From contig OZ024743.1 in assembly GCA_964016885.1 (NCBI GenBank), forward strand, positions 25,234,001-25,298,000: 64,000 nucleotides of DNA, in the 5' to 3' direction. Made by a program: the position numbers and the translations under genes. Under the pieces are notes generated by a model. The model saw only the letters and a list, made by a program, of their open reading frames with translations, did no database searches and was not told the DNA's origin. Below are positions 41,380 through 54,705 of the stretch, one piece after another (position 1 is the stretch's first letter; each line of letters begins with the position of its first letter). The stretch is from Eledone cirrhosa (lineage: Eukaryota).

Positions 41380-42330
41380 GTAGCTTTCTCTCTATCTTGC
41401 TATGTATTTCTCCTTCTCCTTCTCTTTCTCTCTCCATATAGCTATGTATTTCTCTTTCTCCTTCTCTTTCTCTCTCTATGTAGCTATATATTTCTCCTTC
41501 TCTTTCTCTCTCTATTTAACTATGTTTTTCTCCTTCTCTTTCTCTTTCTCTCTCTATTTAACTATGTCTTTCTCCTTCTCTTTCTCTTTCTCTCTCTATC
41601 TAGCTATGTATTTCTCCTTCTCCTTCTCTTTCTCTCTCTATGTAGCTATGTATTTCTCCTTCTCCTTCTCTTTCTCTCTCTATCTAGCTATGTATTTCTG
41701 CTTCTCCTTCTCTTTCCCTCTATCTAGCTCTGTATTTCTCCTTCTTCTCTTTCCCTCTATCTAGCTATGTATTTCTCCTTCTCTTTCTCTTTCTCTCTCT
41801 ATCTAGCTATGTATTTCTTCTTCTCCTTCTCTTTCCCTCTATCTAGCTCTGTATTTCTCCTTCTTCTCTTTCCCTCTATCTAGCTATATATTTCTCCTTC
41901 TCCTTCTCTTTCTCTCTCTATCTAGCTCTGTATTTATACTTATCTTTCTCTTTCTATCTAGCTATGTATTTCTCCTTCTCCTTCTCTTTCTATCTCTATC
42001 TAGCTCTGTATTTCTCCTTCTCCTTCTCTTTCTCTCTCTATCTAGCTCTGTATTTATCCTTCTCCTTCTCTTTCCCTCTACCTAGCTATGTATTTCTTCT
42101 TCTCCTTCTCTTTCCCTCTATCTACCTATGTATTTCTCCTTCTCTTTCTCTTTCCATCTATCTAGCTATGTATTTCTACTCCTCTTTCTCTCTCTATCTA
42201 GCTCTGTATTTATACTTCTCTTTCTCTCTCTCTCTATCTAGATCTGTATTTCTACTCTTTTTTCTCTCTCTATCTCACAATATATTTCTACTTCTTCTCT
42301 TTCCCTCTATCTAGCTACGTATTTCTACTT
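41380..42330. repeat. Pyrimidine-rich minisatellite, core TATCTAGCTATGTATTTCTCCTT
   Basis: About 23 units of about 36-44 bp. Confidence 0.92.
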
Positions 42331-42651
42331 CACTTTCTCTTTCTCGGCCAAACACCAACATTACAAATAGCAATAACAGCAACAGCAACAATAACAGCAA
42401 CAACAACAACAACAGACATTAACAATGACGATGACAACAACAATAGCAACAAGAAATGCTCCGAGAACGGTGGTAATGACATCGAAAACAATTCTGATGA
42501 CAACAGCAACAACAACTCAACTACTACTTCAATTACAACAGTATCAATAACGGTGCAAAAGTTGGTAACAACAACAACAACAACAACAACATACAGCAAA
42601 TGTATGAAGATCAACGACAACGATTTTGAAAGTAACACCAATAAAAAATGG

Positions 42652-42683
<32 letters not shown>

Positions 42684-42685
42684 CC

Positions 42686-42745
<60 letters not shown>

Positions 42746-44899
42746 TGTAGTAACCGCAATAACAACAGCGATAAATATTGCAAAATTGCTAAAAAGAAAA
42801 GAAGATAAATATAAAAATAACATAAAAACAATAATATAGAAACAATATAATGATACATATAAAAAAAATATAACAATTGCCCCCAGAACGAGCGCCGTCG
42901 CAGTCGTCGTGGTCGTCATCAACATCATCATCATCATCATCATCATGATCATTACCACCATCACCATCATCATCACCATCACCATCACCATCACCATCAT
43001 CATCATCAATAAAACAGCAACAAAAATAACAAAGTCAACAACAATAGCTACAACAACAATAATAACGAAACAACAATAACGCCAACAACAAAAACAGCAG
43101 CAACGGCATAAACAACAGAAACAATAACAGCAAAGAAATATCACCACGCCATTTCTGGGATAGCATCAACCGCGCATGCTCATGCAAAATTCTCGTGATA
43201 AAAGCTAACCGGATATTTCTCATCCGGTTTGCTTGATAAATGTCTCTTTTGTCTGACCGGAAGTGACGAGGTTTACCAAAAAGACACAAGAATTAGGAAG
43301 ACAGAGCCAGGGCATTTGACAGGATATTAAAATGGAAACAAACGGCGTTAGAGATGGGCTGATGCCGAAGAAGAAGAACACAAGAACAGCAGAATAGAAA
43401 GTGTAAGAGAAACCAGGGTAGTGTACGAGAGCAAGGAGAGAGAGAACGAGAGGGAGAGAAGGAGAGAGAGAGAAGGAAAGATAGTGTGAGGAATAGAATG
43501 AGATGGTGGGAGGAGAAGAGAATGTTCTCCATCAACTAAAAAGTGCAGTCGTTAGCTAACATAGCCCCTACTTCGCCAATATTGCCTTCAAAACCGCCGC
43601 CAACAACAACAACACCGTCACCAGCGTAAATAATAACACCACCGCAATCATAAACATCATCGCCACTCACACCAATACCACCACCACCAATCCTCACAAC
43701 AACTCTAATAGCACCGATACCACCAACACTACTACTACTACCATAAATAACAAGAGCGGCTTAACAAACACTAACATTGCTATCAACTCTATTAGCAACA
43801 ACAAATAGCCGGGGGAGCATTTTTGTGGTCGCTTAAACTGTTAGAAACAGAAACCAAATTTTCCTCAAAAGTCACATTGGATATGTTCATCCTGGGCTCA
43901 CTGCATACATAGATTTGCTCAAACGGGGTTGACCTAGGGCTAAACAACAAAAACAATATCAATATTAACACCACCATCACCACCACCACCACCACCACAC
44001 CGAAAGAAACAAAATCTATAACGTCAACAGCCCCATCACCTCTACAATGATCATTAATATTACTAACACTAAAACCATATCAATAAACAAAGGACTTATT
44101 ACAGTAACAACATCGCCATCAATACCACAGTAACACAACATCAACACCACCAATTAGCATTAATCTTCTACTTGTCAATCATTTATCGTTTCGATGGACA
44201 TTACCGCGACAACCCCGCCTTTATTACTGATATAGCCTAGTCAATATTAGTTTATCTTTGAATATATCACTGGTGTCAATATGTTATATTTATAAAGGTC
44301 TCAATGGTGAATGCAGAGCAATACACAAACAAATAAATAAGTAATAGATAAATAAATAATAAATCTATTAAGATTAATTTGAAGAAATATCGGTTCACGA
44401 TAAGGATTTTATCGTGGCTTCATTTGACAAAATACCAAAATGGTAACCACAATTTCTCTAACTCACCAGATAACAAAAAAGTAAATCCAAATCTTGAATT
44501 GTCTCTTCAATTCCGTGTCAATTATTCATATATTAATTCATCCTGCATATATAGCCAGGTTGCAGAATGTAGAGTGGTCTCCGAGTAAGAGATGGAAACG
44601 ATTTCTTGCAGGTCAAATGGCCAATTAAAGCAGTGCTTGTCATTTTGACTAGGGGTAGCACTGGTGATAAAATAAAATATTACTATTACAATTCACATGG
44701 AAAGCTGAATAAATCCTTTTAAACTTAAAAGCGTAGAAAAATACAGCAAAATATTGTTTGCCTTTTTATTAAGATTTTCATATGACAAAAGATAACAAGA
44801 TTAAGATTAACACGTTTTTAAAGATACCCAAGAATTAGTAATGATTATCTAAATAATTAAATTATATTTGAAAAGATCTTCGGTGTTTCTAAATACCCA

Positions 44900-45030
44900 C
44901 TGCGACTCAACAGTGCATCCTTTGAGAACAATTCGGATAAGGGCCGTGACGAATGGAGAGATGCCGTGCTTAATATGACCCGTCCAACCCTTGCAAGCTG
45001 GGAAAAACGGACGTAAAATGATGATGATGA
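44900..45030 (+). mobile_element. RTE LINE extreme 3' end
   Basis: RDEWRDAVL then ACCCGTCCAACCC...CGGACGTAAAATGATGATG tail. Confidence 0.7.
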
Positions 45031-45299
45031 AGAACTCCTTCGAATCTGTGCGTCACACCTCGTCACCCCCGTCAGTCAGGGGTGATCTAGGGCTACCAAG
45101 TGCAATCTCATCACCAGCAACCTGCTCAGTATCAACAACACAACTCTCACCATTGGTATCATCACATATATTCACTCCAGTCAACGTGAAAATATCTGAT
45201 CACTTATCTTAAAAACAGCAGCCAAATAAAGCACAGCCTACTGTAGTCCCCGTCATACACATCAGCCGGAAGGTGATACAGACTCCTATAATGATATCG

Positions 45300-45451
45300 T
45301 GATGATGATGGGGTGGTGGTGGCGGTGGTGGTGATGATGATGATGGTGATGATGGTGATGCTGATGGTGATGATGGTGGTGGTGGTGGTGGTGGTGATGA
45401 TGATGATGGTGGTGATGCTGATGGTGATGATGGTGGTGGTGGTGGTGGTGG

Positions 45452-45483
<32 letters not shown>

Positions 45484-46120
45484 ATGATGATGATGATGGT
45501 GGTGATGATGGTGATGATAATGATTATGATGATGATGATGATTATTATGATGGTGGTGGGGGTGGTGGTGATGAGGATGATGATGGTGGTGGTGGTGGTG
45601 ATGATGATGATGATGGTGGTGATGATGGTGATGATAATGATTATGATGATGATGATGATTATTATGATGGTGGTGGGGGTGGTGGTGATGAGGATGATGA
45701 TGGTGATGGTGTTGGGGGTGGTGATGATGGTGATGATTATGATGGTGATGATGATTATTATGATGGTGATGGTGATGATGATGATGATGGTGATGGTGAT
45801 GATGGTGATGATTATGATGATGATGCTGATGATGATGATGGTGATAATAATAACAATGATGATGGTGATGATGATGATGATGATGTTTCGAAGAAGGTGC
45901 CAACGTCGACGATGACATTAATGGTGATGAAAATATGATGAGAAAAAAGATGATAATAGCGATGATGATGTTGAAGAGAAGGATTCTGAAAATATAAGCG
46001 GGGTTGATAAGGACATTGACAATACCCCACGATGATAATATTGACAACGACAATGGTGACGACAATGATGATGATGATGGTGATAATAATAATAATAATG
46101 ATGATGATGATGATGATGAG
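45300..46120. repeat. (GAT/GGT)n trinucleotide array with ~120-bp internal duplication
   Basis: Read directly; source of the poly-His and poly-Met ORFs. Confidence 0.9.
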
Positions 46121-46349
46121 AACAATAAGGTCAGTGACGGTCGTTTATGATGACGATAATGGTAACACATATGGTAATGATGATGGTGACGACGACTAGG
46201 GTACTGATGATGGTCAGGACGATGATGATTAGAAGGAGGAGGAGAAGGAAGAGGAGGAGGAGGCGGAGGATGTGTATAAGTATTTTAAGGATGAAAGGGG
46301 TAATCTTCATGACGATGACTATGACGACGAAATGTTGATTATGATGATC

Positions 46350-46528
46350 ATTTGGCAGTATCGGTAGAGGGTCGGACATGCTTTCCAGCATAGTTACTTC
46401 CCTTTACGATCTGAGTTCAAATCCCGCCGAGGTTAACTTTGCCTTTCATCCTTACGAGGTCGATAAAATAAAGTACCAGTAATGTACTGGGTAATTGCTG
46501 GCCTTGTGTCAAAAGTAGAAACAATTAT
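46350..46528 (+). mobile_element. tRNA-derived SINE
   Basis: Consensus match. Confidence 0.88.
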
Positions 46529-46712
46529 GAATAGTTAACAAATACAAGAAGGTTGAATGAAAGTTATAGGTAGGAGGTTGGCAGTATGGGGTAACATTTC
46601 TATGTACGGCCATTAATGATAATAGCAACGGCAAGAAAAGCAAACAGATATAGATTAGTAGGTGCGTGGATATATATATACAGAGATATAGATAAAAAGT
46701 TAAATAAAACAA

Positions 46713-46752
<40 letters not shown>

Positions 46753-46756
<4 letters not shown>

Positions 46757-47204
46757 AAAAAGATGAAATCGAAAATGCAACTGGAAAAAAGTTGCTCGAA
46801 ACGCCAGGTTTTTAGAGAAGTAATTTGATTGGTTGGTCAATAAGTATAATAAATTTCGCGTCAGTACAGAACTTTGTAACACGAACTGGCGCCTAATTTA
46901 TTATACTTATTGACCAACCAATCAAATTACTTCTCTAAAAACCTGGCGTTTCGATCCACTTTTTTCCATATAAAACAAGTAACATTCAAAGAACAACCAG
47001 ATGTGAGAAAAACCACAGACCCTCCATCTCAACTCTACTTTTGAAAAGCAGAAGAACTGCGAAACCGGTGAAGGAACCAAATAAATATATATATTTTTTA
47101 AAAAATAAGACTCCAGTTGCATTTTAGATTTCATCTATTTTTCTTTATACTTTCACTCGTGTAGGACACCTCGGTTATTTTTCATTTTGTTAAAAAAACC
47201 TCAC

Positions 47205-47210
<6 letters not shown>
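46753..47210. mobile_element. Fold-back element between (TA)n tracts
   Basis: Left arm 46753-46857 matches the reverse complement of 46895-46969 plus 47112-47143. Confidence 0.8.
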
Positions 47211-47259
<49 letters not shown>

Positions 47260-48336
47260 TAAGGATATATATGTATATATTTAGACATAGTCACAGATGC
47301 ATATATGAGTGTGGCTACCTTCAACGGTGTTGCTGTATGAAAAAATGAATTAAGCAAATAATTATTAATGAGAGCTATATAAAATTGTAAATTTGAAGAA
47401 CTGTCAGACAAAGTATATCCAATTCTTTTCCTTCTTAGTTGGTAGAAATCAACCAGATAAATAATCATTTAAATGGAACTAAGTTTAAAATGTAACTTTG
47501 AAGAAATAACTGACAAATGTTACAGACGTTCTTCCGTGAGGAACAATCAGATAAAATTTACCCAGTCTTTCCGCTTATTCCGTAGAAATTAACTAGACAA
47601 ATAATCAATTAAACGGAGCTAAGTCTAAAATATAAGTTTGAAGAAAAAATGTATATAAACTTTACCAAAATTCTTCTAGTCCCGACTATCGATAGTTTCG
47701 CTCGTACTTTGTGGATGTCTAATCCTAGTAGTTGAAAATTTTGAAAGTAGGTTTATAGGTATGAATTTTCATACCTATAAACCTACTTGTCTCTGTGGCC
47801 TAGCGGTAGGTACTAGAAACGGTGGACATCCTGACCTTGGGTTCAATCCTGGTCAAGAGGTACATGAAACCTTTTCCAGTTTTTATTTTACAACCAATAG
47901 AAAAAAACTGGGAAGTTTTACTGGGAACCCGACTCCCGACCAGGATCACCACCGTCTATGACTCCTCCAACTAGGCCACCGAGACAGCTACAAAAGAGTG
48001 AGGAAAATTGGTAATTATAAACTTACTTTCAAAATCAAAGTTTAAAATATGTGGTGTCGTTCATGGCTTTTCTAGAGCTATTAGTAATATTTAGGGTCGA
48101 CTTCTGGTCATTATGGAAAGTCTTTGGATTTCGCAAAATACATAATATTTGTTATTGGAGAAGGGAAGATATTTTTATGCAAAAATGTGATTGTACCGTT
48201 TTATTTCCACTTACGTATTTCTCAAAAATGTTATTTATTCATTATAAAAATTAAATGATAGCATTCTATATGTAGGTGGGCCCCCTTCATCTGGCAACCA
48301 ACATTTTAAAACCCAGTCCACCACGGTATATATATA

Positions 48337-48589
48337 TAGGAACAGAGTGAGGACCCCGACGGTTGAGCTCCGGCCGTTTCGACAGCTAGATCCGAACTAA
48401 GCCAGCAGTATTCGGTAATCATCATTACCAGTATTGAATACTGCTCGCTTAGTTCGGATCTAGCTGTCGAAACGGCCAGAGCTCAGCCGTCGGGGTCCTC
48501 ACTCTTTTCCTATTACCCACTCTACTACCCTAAGTATCGAGTACTCTGGTGTGTTATGGTCCACCTGGTATCTTACCACACCTTCTTTG

Positions 48590-48590
<1 letters not shown>
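48337..48590 (+). mobile_element. Hairpin PLE-like terminal fragment (family shared with 60533-60711)
   Basis: Inverted arms spanning 48337-48512, GAAACGGC...GCCGTC hammerhead 3' half, TCGAGTAC motif, (TA)n flanks. Confidence 0.75.
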
Positions 48591-48653
<63 letters not shown>

Positions 48654-48779
48654 AGTTATATTTAAAATTGTTGGGTTACAACTAGTAAATATTTATAACT
48701 GATATAAAAGCACTCGACAAATATTTGGAGTATATTTACAATATTAAATAAATGGAAACTATATTTATAAAACCATATT

Positions 48780-48845
48780 TATTTCATTATATATATTTCG
48801 GGGATATCATATTAACAATATGCTATGCCTTCCTCAGACAAAATA
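48780..48845 (-). ncRNA. Minimal hammerhead motif (CUGAGGA variant)
   Basis: Mirror of 49003-49068. Confidence 0.65.
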
Positions 48846-49002
48846 CAATATAAACAGTTTTATAGATAAATAGATTCGACATACCGTTATAACACCGACT
48901 TCCATTTGGAGAGGTTTACGCTGCCAGCGTAAACCTCTCCAAATGGAAGTCGGTGTTATAACGGTATGTCGAATCTATTTATCTATAAAACTGTTTATAT
49001 TG

Positions 49003-49068
49003 TATTTTGTCTGAGGAAGGCATAGCATATTGTTAATATGATATCCCCGAAATATATATAATGAAATA
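49003..49068 (+). ncRNA. Minimal hammerhead motif (CUGAGGA variant)
   Basis: TATTTTGT-CTGAGGA-A-GG...CC-GAAA-TATATA-TA-ATGAAATA. Confidence 0.65.
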
Positions 49069-49107
49069 AATATGGTTTTATAAATATAGTTTCCATTTAT
49101 TTAATAT

Positions 49108-49261
<154 letters not shown>

Positions 49262-50069
49262 AATGTGTGTGTGCATCTGTGGGTATGTGTTAGTGCGTGG
49301 GCATCCGTTTTATGCGCGTGTCATAAAATATGTGGAGAACACAGAAAGGCGAGAAAAACAGATACAAAATGGAAGCGAAAGAGAAAGTAGGAGAATATTA
49401 CACAAATATAACATTAAAAAATATATGACTAAATAAATACGAAGAAGAAATAAAGAAAGTGAAATAAAATGAGGCTATGGTTTCAATGGAATGAACATGG
49501 ACATTAATGAAACGACGAAGAGGAAGAGAAGAGCAAGAAAAATAGAACCCCAGAAAGAATGCTTTCGCCTTTTTATTTTGATTTTTTTTGGCTTTACTTC
49601 TCATTATTTGTTTATTTTGTTGTTGTGCCCTAAATGAAGTAGTATTTGAAAGAAATATGAAAGAAGACTTAGCAAATTGTACAGCATAATGGTCTTAACA
49701 ATAGAGTGTGGAAATAAAATACGGATATTTGATTGACTTTTAAGTTAAAGAGAGATAGAAAACGAAGGAGATTAACAGAGAGAAAGAAGAGAGAGAGAAG
49801 GAGTGTTTGTATTCACGGCGGTATTTGGTGCTATGGTTGGATGTAGTCGTCGTTGTGATGGTGTTAATGATGCTGATATTATTGGCGAGTCGAAGTGCTT
49901 GTGGTGTTGATAGTTGTGTGTTGTGGTGCTAAGGGTGGGATGCGTTGGTTGTGGTGGTGGTGGTGGTGGAGGTGGCTTCGGGTTTGCTATGGTTTCTGTT
50001 CTTGTCGTAGTTGTTTAACCCTGAGTCAGAAATGATCGAGCAGACCATCTTGTCTGTACTATTTTCTGG

Positions 50070-50262
50070 GGAGGTGGATAGGCAGTATCAGTAGAGAGTC
50101 GGACGCGATGTTTTGCAGCACAGAGTTACGTCCCTTTACGTTCTGAGTTCAATCGCCGTTGAAGTTAGCTTTGCCCTTCATCCTTACGGGGTCGATTAAA
50201 TAAAGTACCAGTAATGCATTGGGATAATTGCTGGCCTTGTGCCAAAAGTAGAAACAATTATT
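50070..50262 (+). mobile_element. tRNA-derived SINE
   Basis: Consensus match. Confidence 0.85.
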
Positions 50263-50353
50263 TTCTGGGATATTGTATCACGATTATCTAACATTCATTT
50301 TTAAGATGCACGGACGGTATTTTAGCAGGTGGTTGTTGTGGCCGTTGTCATTA

Positions 50354-50354
<1 letters not shown>

Positions 50355-50410
<56 letters not shown>

Positions 50411-50590
50411 CAGCAGCAGCAGCAGCAACAGGAACAGTAGTAGTAGCTTCAACATCATCATCATCATCAGTAGTAGTAGTAGTAGTAGTAGTAGCATCAT
50501 CATTATCATCAGTAGTAGTAGTAGTAGTATATAGTAGTATTATTATTATTAGTAATAGTAGTAGTAGTAGAAGTAGTAGTAGTAGTAGTA

Positions 50591-50647
<57 letters not shown>

Positions 50648-50648
50648 A
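50355..50648. repeat. (AGT)n compound trinucleotide repeat
   Basis: Read directly. Confidence 0.9.
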
Positions 50649-50897
50649 TGATGCTTAAACGACTAATATTAAGTTGAAATCAATATAGAGCTGTTCCCTC
50701 AATAATTCTTGGCTTGTATTTCTGATAAGGGTGCTGGGTGGTGGATGGGCAGAAACGTTTGAGCGTCGGCCATTACGGTTCAAATCCCGTCAAGGCCAAC
50801 CTTGCCGTTTTTAATTTCAGGTTCAATAAAAGAATAGACTGGGTTTGATATAATCGATTCTACAACCTAAATTACTGGTTTTCTTCTTAAATTATTA

Positions 50898-51110
50898 ACT
50901 GGCAGTATCGGTAGAGGGTCGGACGCCATGCTTTGCAGCATGGAGTTATGGCCCCTTATGATCTGAGATCAAATCCCGCCGAGGTTAACTTTGCCTTTCA
51001 TCCTTACGGGGTCGATAAAATAAAGTACCAGTCACGCACTGGGCTCGATTTAATCGACTTTCCCCTCTTCAAAAATATGCTGGCCTTGTGCCTATATAAG
51101 AAACCATTAT
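50898..51110 (+). mobile_element. tRNA-derived SINE (long variant)
   Basis: Consensus match with TCGATTTAATCGA hairpin. Confidence 0.88.
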
Positions 51111-52224
51111 TATCATTAATATTATTTGCTAAAGATCTATCTATCAGAACTGATTGAACATGAATCAAACTGCTGCTGCAGAATTTAGTTCTGAGTGTAA
51201 ATCCCGCTGATGTTAACTGTTCATTCTCCTCAAATTCCTTATGTTGTGTCAGACGTCATGTCAAGTAGAACTAAACCACGTATTTATATCCAAAACACCT
51301 TGTAAAATTAGCATACTATCAACAACAATAACAACTAAACTATTTTATTTTGTCTCATAATTACTATTGATAGATATTTCAATGTTATAACTTCAACAAT
51401 CTGTGAAATACAAGGTTGAACACACAACCAAGTAATTAAGCAAGCAAACATATGCGAAAACGGGTCTAATATCAAATAGTAGAATCTAACTGTGTGGAGG
51501 TTAGATATATTTGATGGATAGTGGATGGAATGGATAGTTCAAGAAAAGAAACAAGAGCATAAGAGTGCAAAGTACCAGCAATTTCTGTAGATAGCTGGCT
51601 ACGTCGGTAAAATGTCAGACAGAATTGTTTGCGGTATTTAGTAACGTTATTTACGTTCTATGTTCAAAGTGTTGTCCCGTAAACATCCCAGGCTCTGTAA
51701 TAGTATTGCCAGTTGAATCAACTTAGTATTTCTCTCTCATGATATTTGTAGTATGTGCTCATATCATGTGTAATCTGAAAGATGTGATCAAAATACGATT
51801 TAGCATCAGTCTATGTCAGTAACGAAAGAGACAAATCTGATTGTGTTAATGGCTTAATACTGATACCTTCACTGGCGGACAGAACTAAACAGGATTCAAC
51901 TTACACGATCCAAATGAAACCGAATAACATATTGAAGCCCTAGATCGTTAAGTGGACATTAATATGCGGTCAGATTATTAGTTTCTGGATAGGTTTGATT
52001 TTATTTTAACCTCATCGTCATATAATGAATCTAGCTGGATTGAAGCTCAGAACACAAAGGGACATAACAAGCTACCAGATGGTATTTTGACTGATGCTCT
52101 GTTGACATGAAGCAAATCTAGCCCATACAACATATTTGGAAAGTCATTTCAGAAATTTAGTTAATAGAATGTAAATATGTAACTATCTTTTTTGTTGTTG
52201 CTGTTTGCGTTATTCTTGTTGAGG

Positions 52225-52400
52225 CCGAGCTTTGCAGTATATAGTTACGGATCTTTACGTTCTCAGTTCAAATTCCGCCAAGGTTAACTTTCTTCCTTAC
52301 GGAGTAGATAAAATAAAGTACCAGTAACGCACTGGGGTCGATTTACTCGATATTCCCCTTCCCAAAAATTGTTGGTCTTCTACCTAAATCAGAAACCATT
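52225..52400 (+). mobile_element. tRNA-derived SINE (diverged)
   Basis: Consensus match. Confidence 0.75.
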
Positions 52401-52859
52401 ATAGCCTTGAACATATTGACTTTCTGGAGTTGATATGTACTATGGTATTTAATGTACCTTTAATATTTTTTATTAGTAAATGGGGTGTGACGTAAGGGAA
52501 ATATGGCTATTATGTTTACTTAGCAGGTAATGCAATCACATAGAGGCTCCTTTGTTTGTTCAAAAGATAGTAGTTATGTATCGGTAGCTGTTGCTTTTGA
52601 TCTTGTTATTTCGTGTTCAAACCTATGCTTAACAATATAGTATAACAGGTTAGTCATTTTTATCATTTCGTATAAATTTGCTAACAAAACAAACAAATCA
52701 AGGAATCCATTTATAAATTGACTGACCAAATACTACAAAGTTTATTTCTGTATCTGAGACGTGTTATCATTTTTGTCTATTTATAGCATTTGAATAGATT
52801 ATGCACAGATTCTGTGATAATATAATGTAAATTATTGCTGCGGTTGTTGTTTTTGTTGT

Positions 52860-52919
<60 letters not shown>

Positions 52920-53024
52920 GCATCCAATAATATATACAAACACTCACACACACACATACACATACATACATACATACATACATACATACATACATACATA
53001 CATACATACATACATACATACATA

Positions 53025-53388
53025 CATGGTGGCTGCCAACTCGTTTTCGAGTACGGCCACCACTTTATATCCATGTAGGAGAACCCCTACCGGTGCACTC
53101 TGGCACAAACACTACACTTGTGACAATTATTGACACAGTGCTGGGCCCATAGTACCATGTGACAACAAGTGCAGAGCGATCTCCAGATATAAAGCAATGC
53201 CTGTGCCGTGGAGCTTTTATAGTGAGCAAAGGCACTGCACAAAGCCAGTCCCACTCTCTTAACCAAGATGATATTTACCAAAAAGAAGAACAAGTCAACA
53301 TCATTGGATACCATCAGAGTTGCAGGTGTTATATCAGAGTTTTCCATCTCCTAGAATTCTGCCTTGACAAAGGCTAAGGGGTCATCTC
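53025..53388 (-). mobile_element. RTE-like 3'-end element in (CATA)n, copy 2
   Basis: Homologous to 25745-26143 with an internal deletion. Confidence 0.75.
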
Positions 53389-54069
53389 ATACATACATAC
53401 ATACATACATACATACATACATACATACATACATACATACATACATACATACATCCATCCATATATATATATATATATATACATGTAAGTGTGATGGACA
53501 AATGTCATGGGATTTTTTTGAAGTCTTGACAGCAACAGAGAGAAACACACTCACATATAGATGTATTGGAATTATGTCCAAAAATGCTGGACCCACCATT
53601 CTAGGTGGAGGCAGTTCTGTAGGGCGTAATGCCAGACACCGAACACATAGGAAAGGCTAAGCAGCTTGGTTGCATCTGGGCACTCTTCAATAACGATGCC
53701 CTTGTAAAAACGTAGTCTGTGTTTCTCTGCAAAACGGACCAATAAGTTTTGTTTCCTTTTCACATGGGAAGAAGGAGAATCAAAACCAGCATTGCTGGAA
53801 TACTTCCAGATATAGACATCTGGTGGAACCTAGCATTCTTATTTCTAGATGGAAGCGAAACGCTCCTCGAGATAAAGAGAACCCGGAGGGAAAACTAGCC
53901 TGGGATCAGTTTGGTGATACTTCTCCACATTAAACCAGAGAAGATTGAAAAAATCGCAGACCTAATTCGCCTTCCGGCTGTCATTTGTGCCCTCAACAGA
54001 AGACGGGGAACCGCAGGCTCCCGTTGTTGCCAATACCAAGACCTTAGCATCCACAACAATAACAACAAT

Positions 54070-54140
54070 GAAAAATGAATCAATACGGGACCTGGGTATT
54101 GGCATGAGCAATGATGCCTCGTTTCATGCACACATCGCAC
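54070..54140 (+). mobile_element. CR1/L2-like LINE ORF2 fragment
   Basis: ESIRDLGIGMSNDASFHAHIA resembles the DLG...L.F..HI motif downstream of RT. Confidence 0.55.
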
Positions 54141-54236
54141 CCGGCCGATTAACCCACTCGATATGCAAATTAGGCTTCTCAGCCGTTAATATGCATAAGG
54201 TAAGTATATACGTTCAACAATCTGGCAGGAAGGTAT

Positions 54237-54279
54237 ACGTTGCTGACGATAGCTAATAAGCTTGAAACTAGTACAGCGT
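54237..54279 (+). ncRNA. Minimal type-I hammerhead motif
   Basis: ACGTTG-CTGACGA-T-AGCT-AATA-AGCT-T-GAAA-CTAG-TA-CAGCGT; palindromic stem III ACTAGT; GUA triplet. Confidence 0.8.
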
Positions 54280-54484
54280 TCCTTTGTCAGTGTTGAGCAA
54301 ACGAGCAACGATGGTTGCTAGACACTACGGCTTAATACGGGATGTTTGTTTACAAACACATCGAGCATTATAATAAATGTTCGGTGAATCCATACGTACA
54401 TATATATATATGTGCATGTATGTATATATATATATATACATACTACTGTACGCCTGTATACATATATGTATGTACGTGTACATA

Positions 54485-54540
<56 letters not shown>

Positions 54541-54543
<3 letters not shown>

Positions 54544-54705
54544 ATAATAATAAATTTGAAGACTAAAATCCAAAGAGGGCTCGATAAGGATAAATATATA
54601 TCAAATAGATAACAACCGTAGAGCAGATATTTATTAAAATAACAGATTAAAGTTTAAGCAAAGAATCGCCGGTTTCACCCTTAACGGGATCTGTTATTTT
54701 AATAT
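54541..54705 (-). mobile_element. PLE-like terminal fragment (homolog of 23696-23853)
   Basis: Reverse complement GATCCCGTTAAGGGTGAAACCGG...; short fold-back ATTAAAATAACAGAT/ATCTGTTATTTTAAT; (TA)n flanks. Confidence 0.65.

Noticed and set aside
45286-46170. 294-aa His-rich ORF
   Set aside because: Pure (CAT/CAC)n expansion with no splice or domain evidence.
47670-47720. GAAACTATCGATAGTC on the minus strand (hammerhead 3' half)
   Set aside because: No CUGANGA upstream and no related copy in the window.
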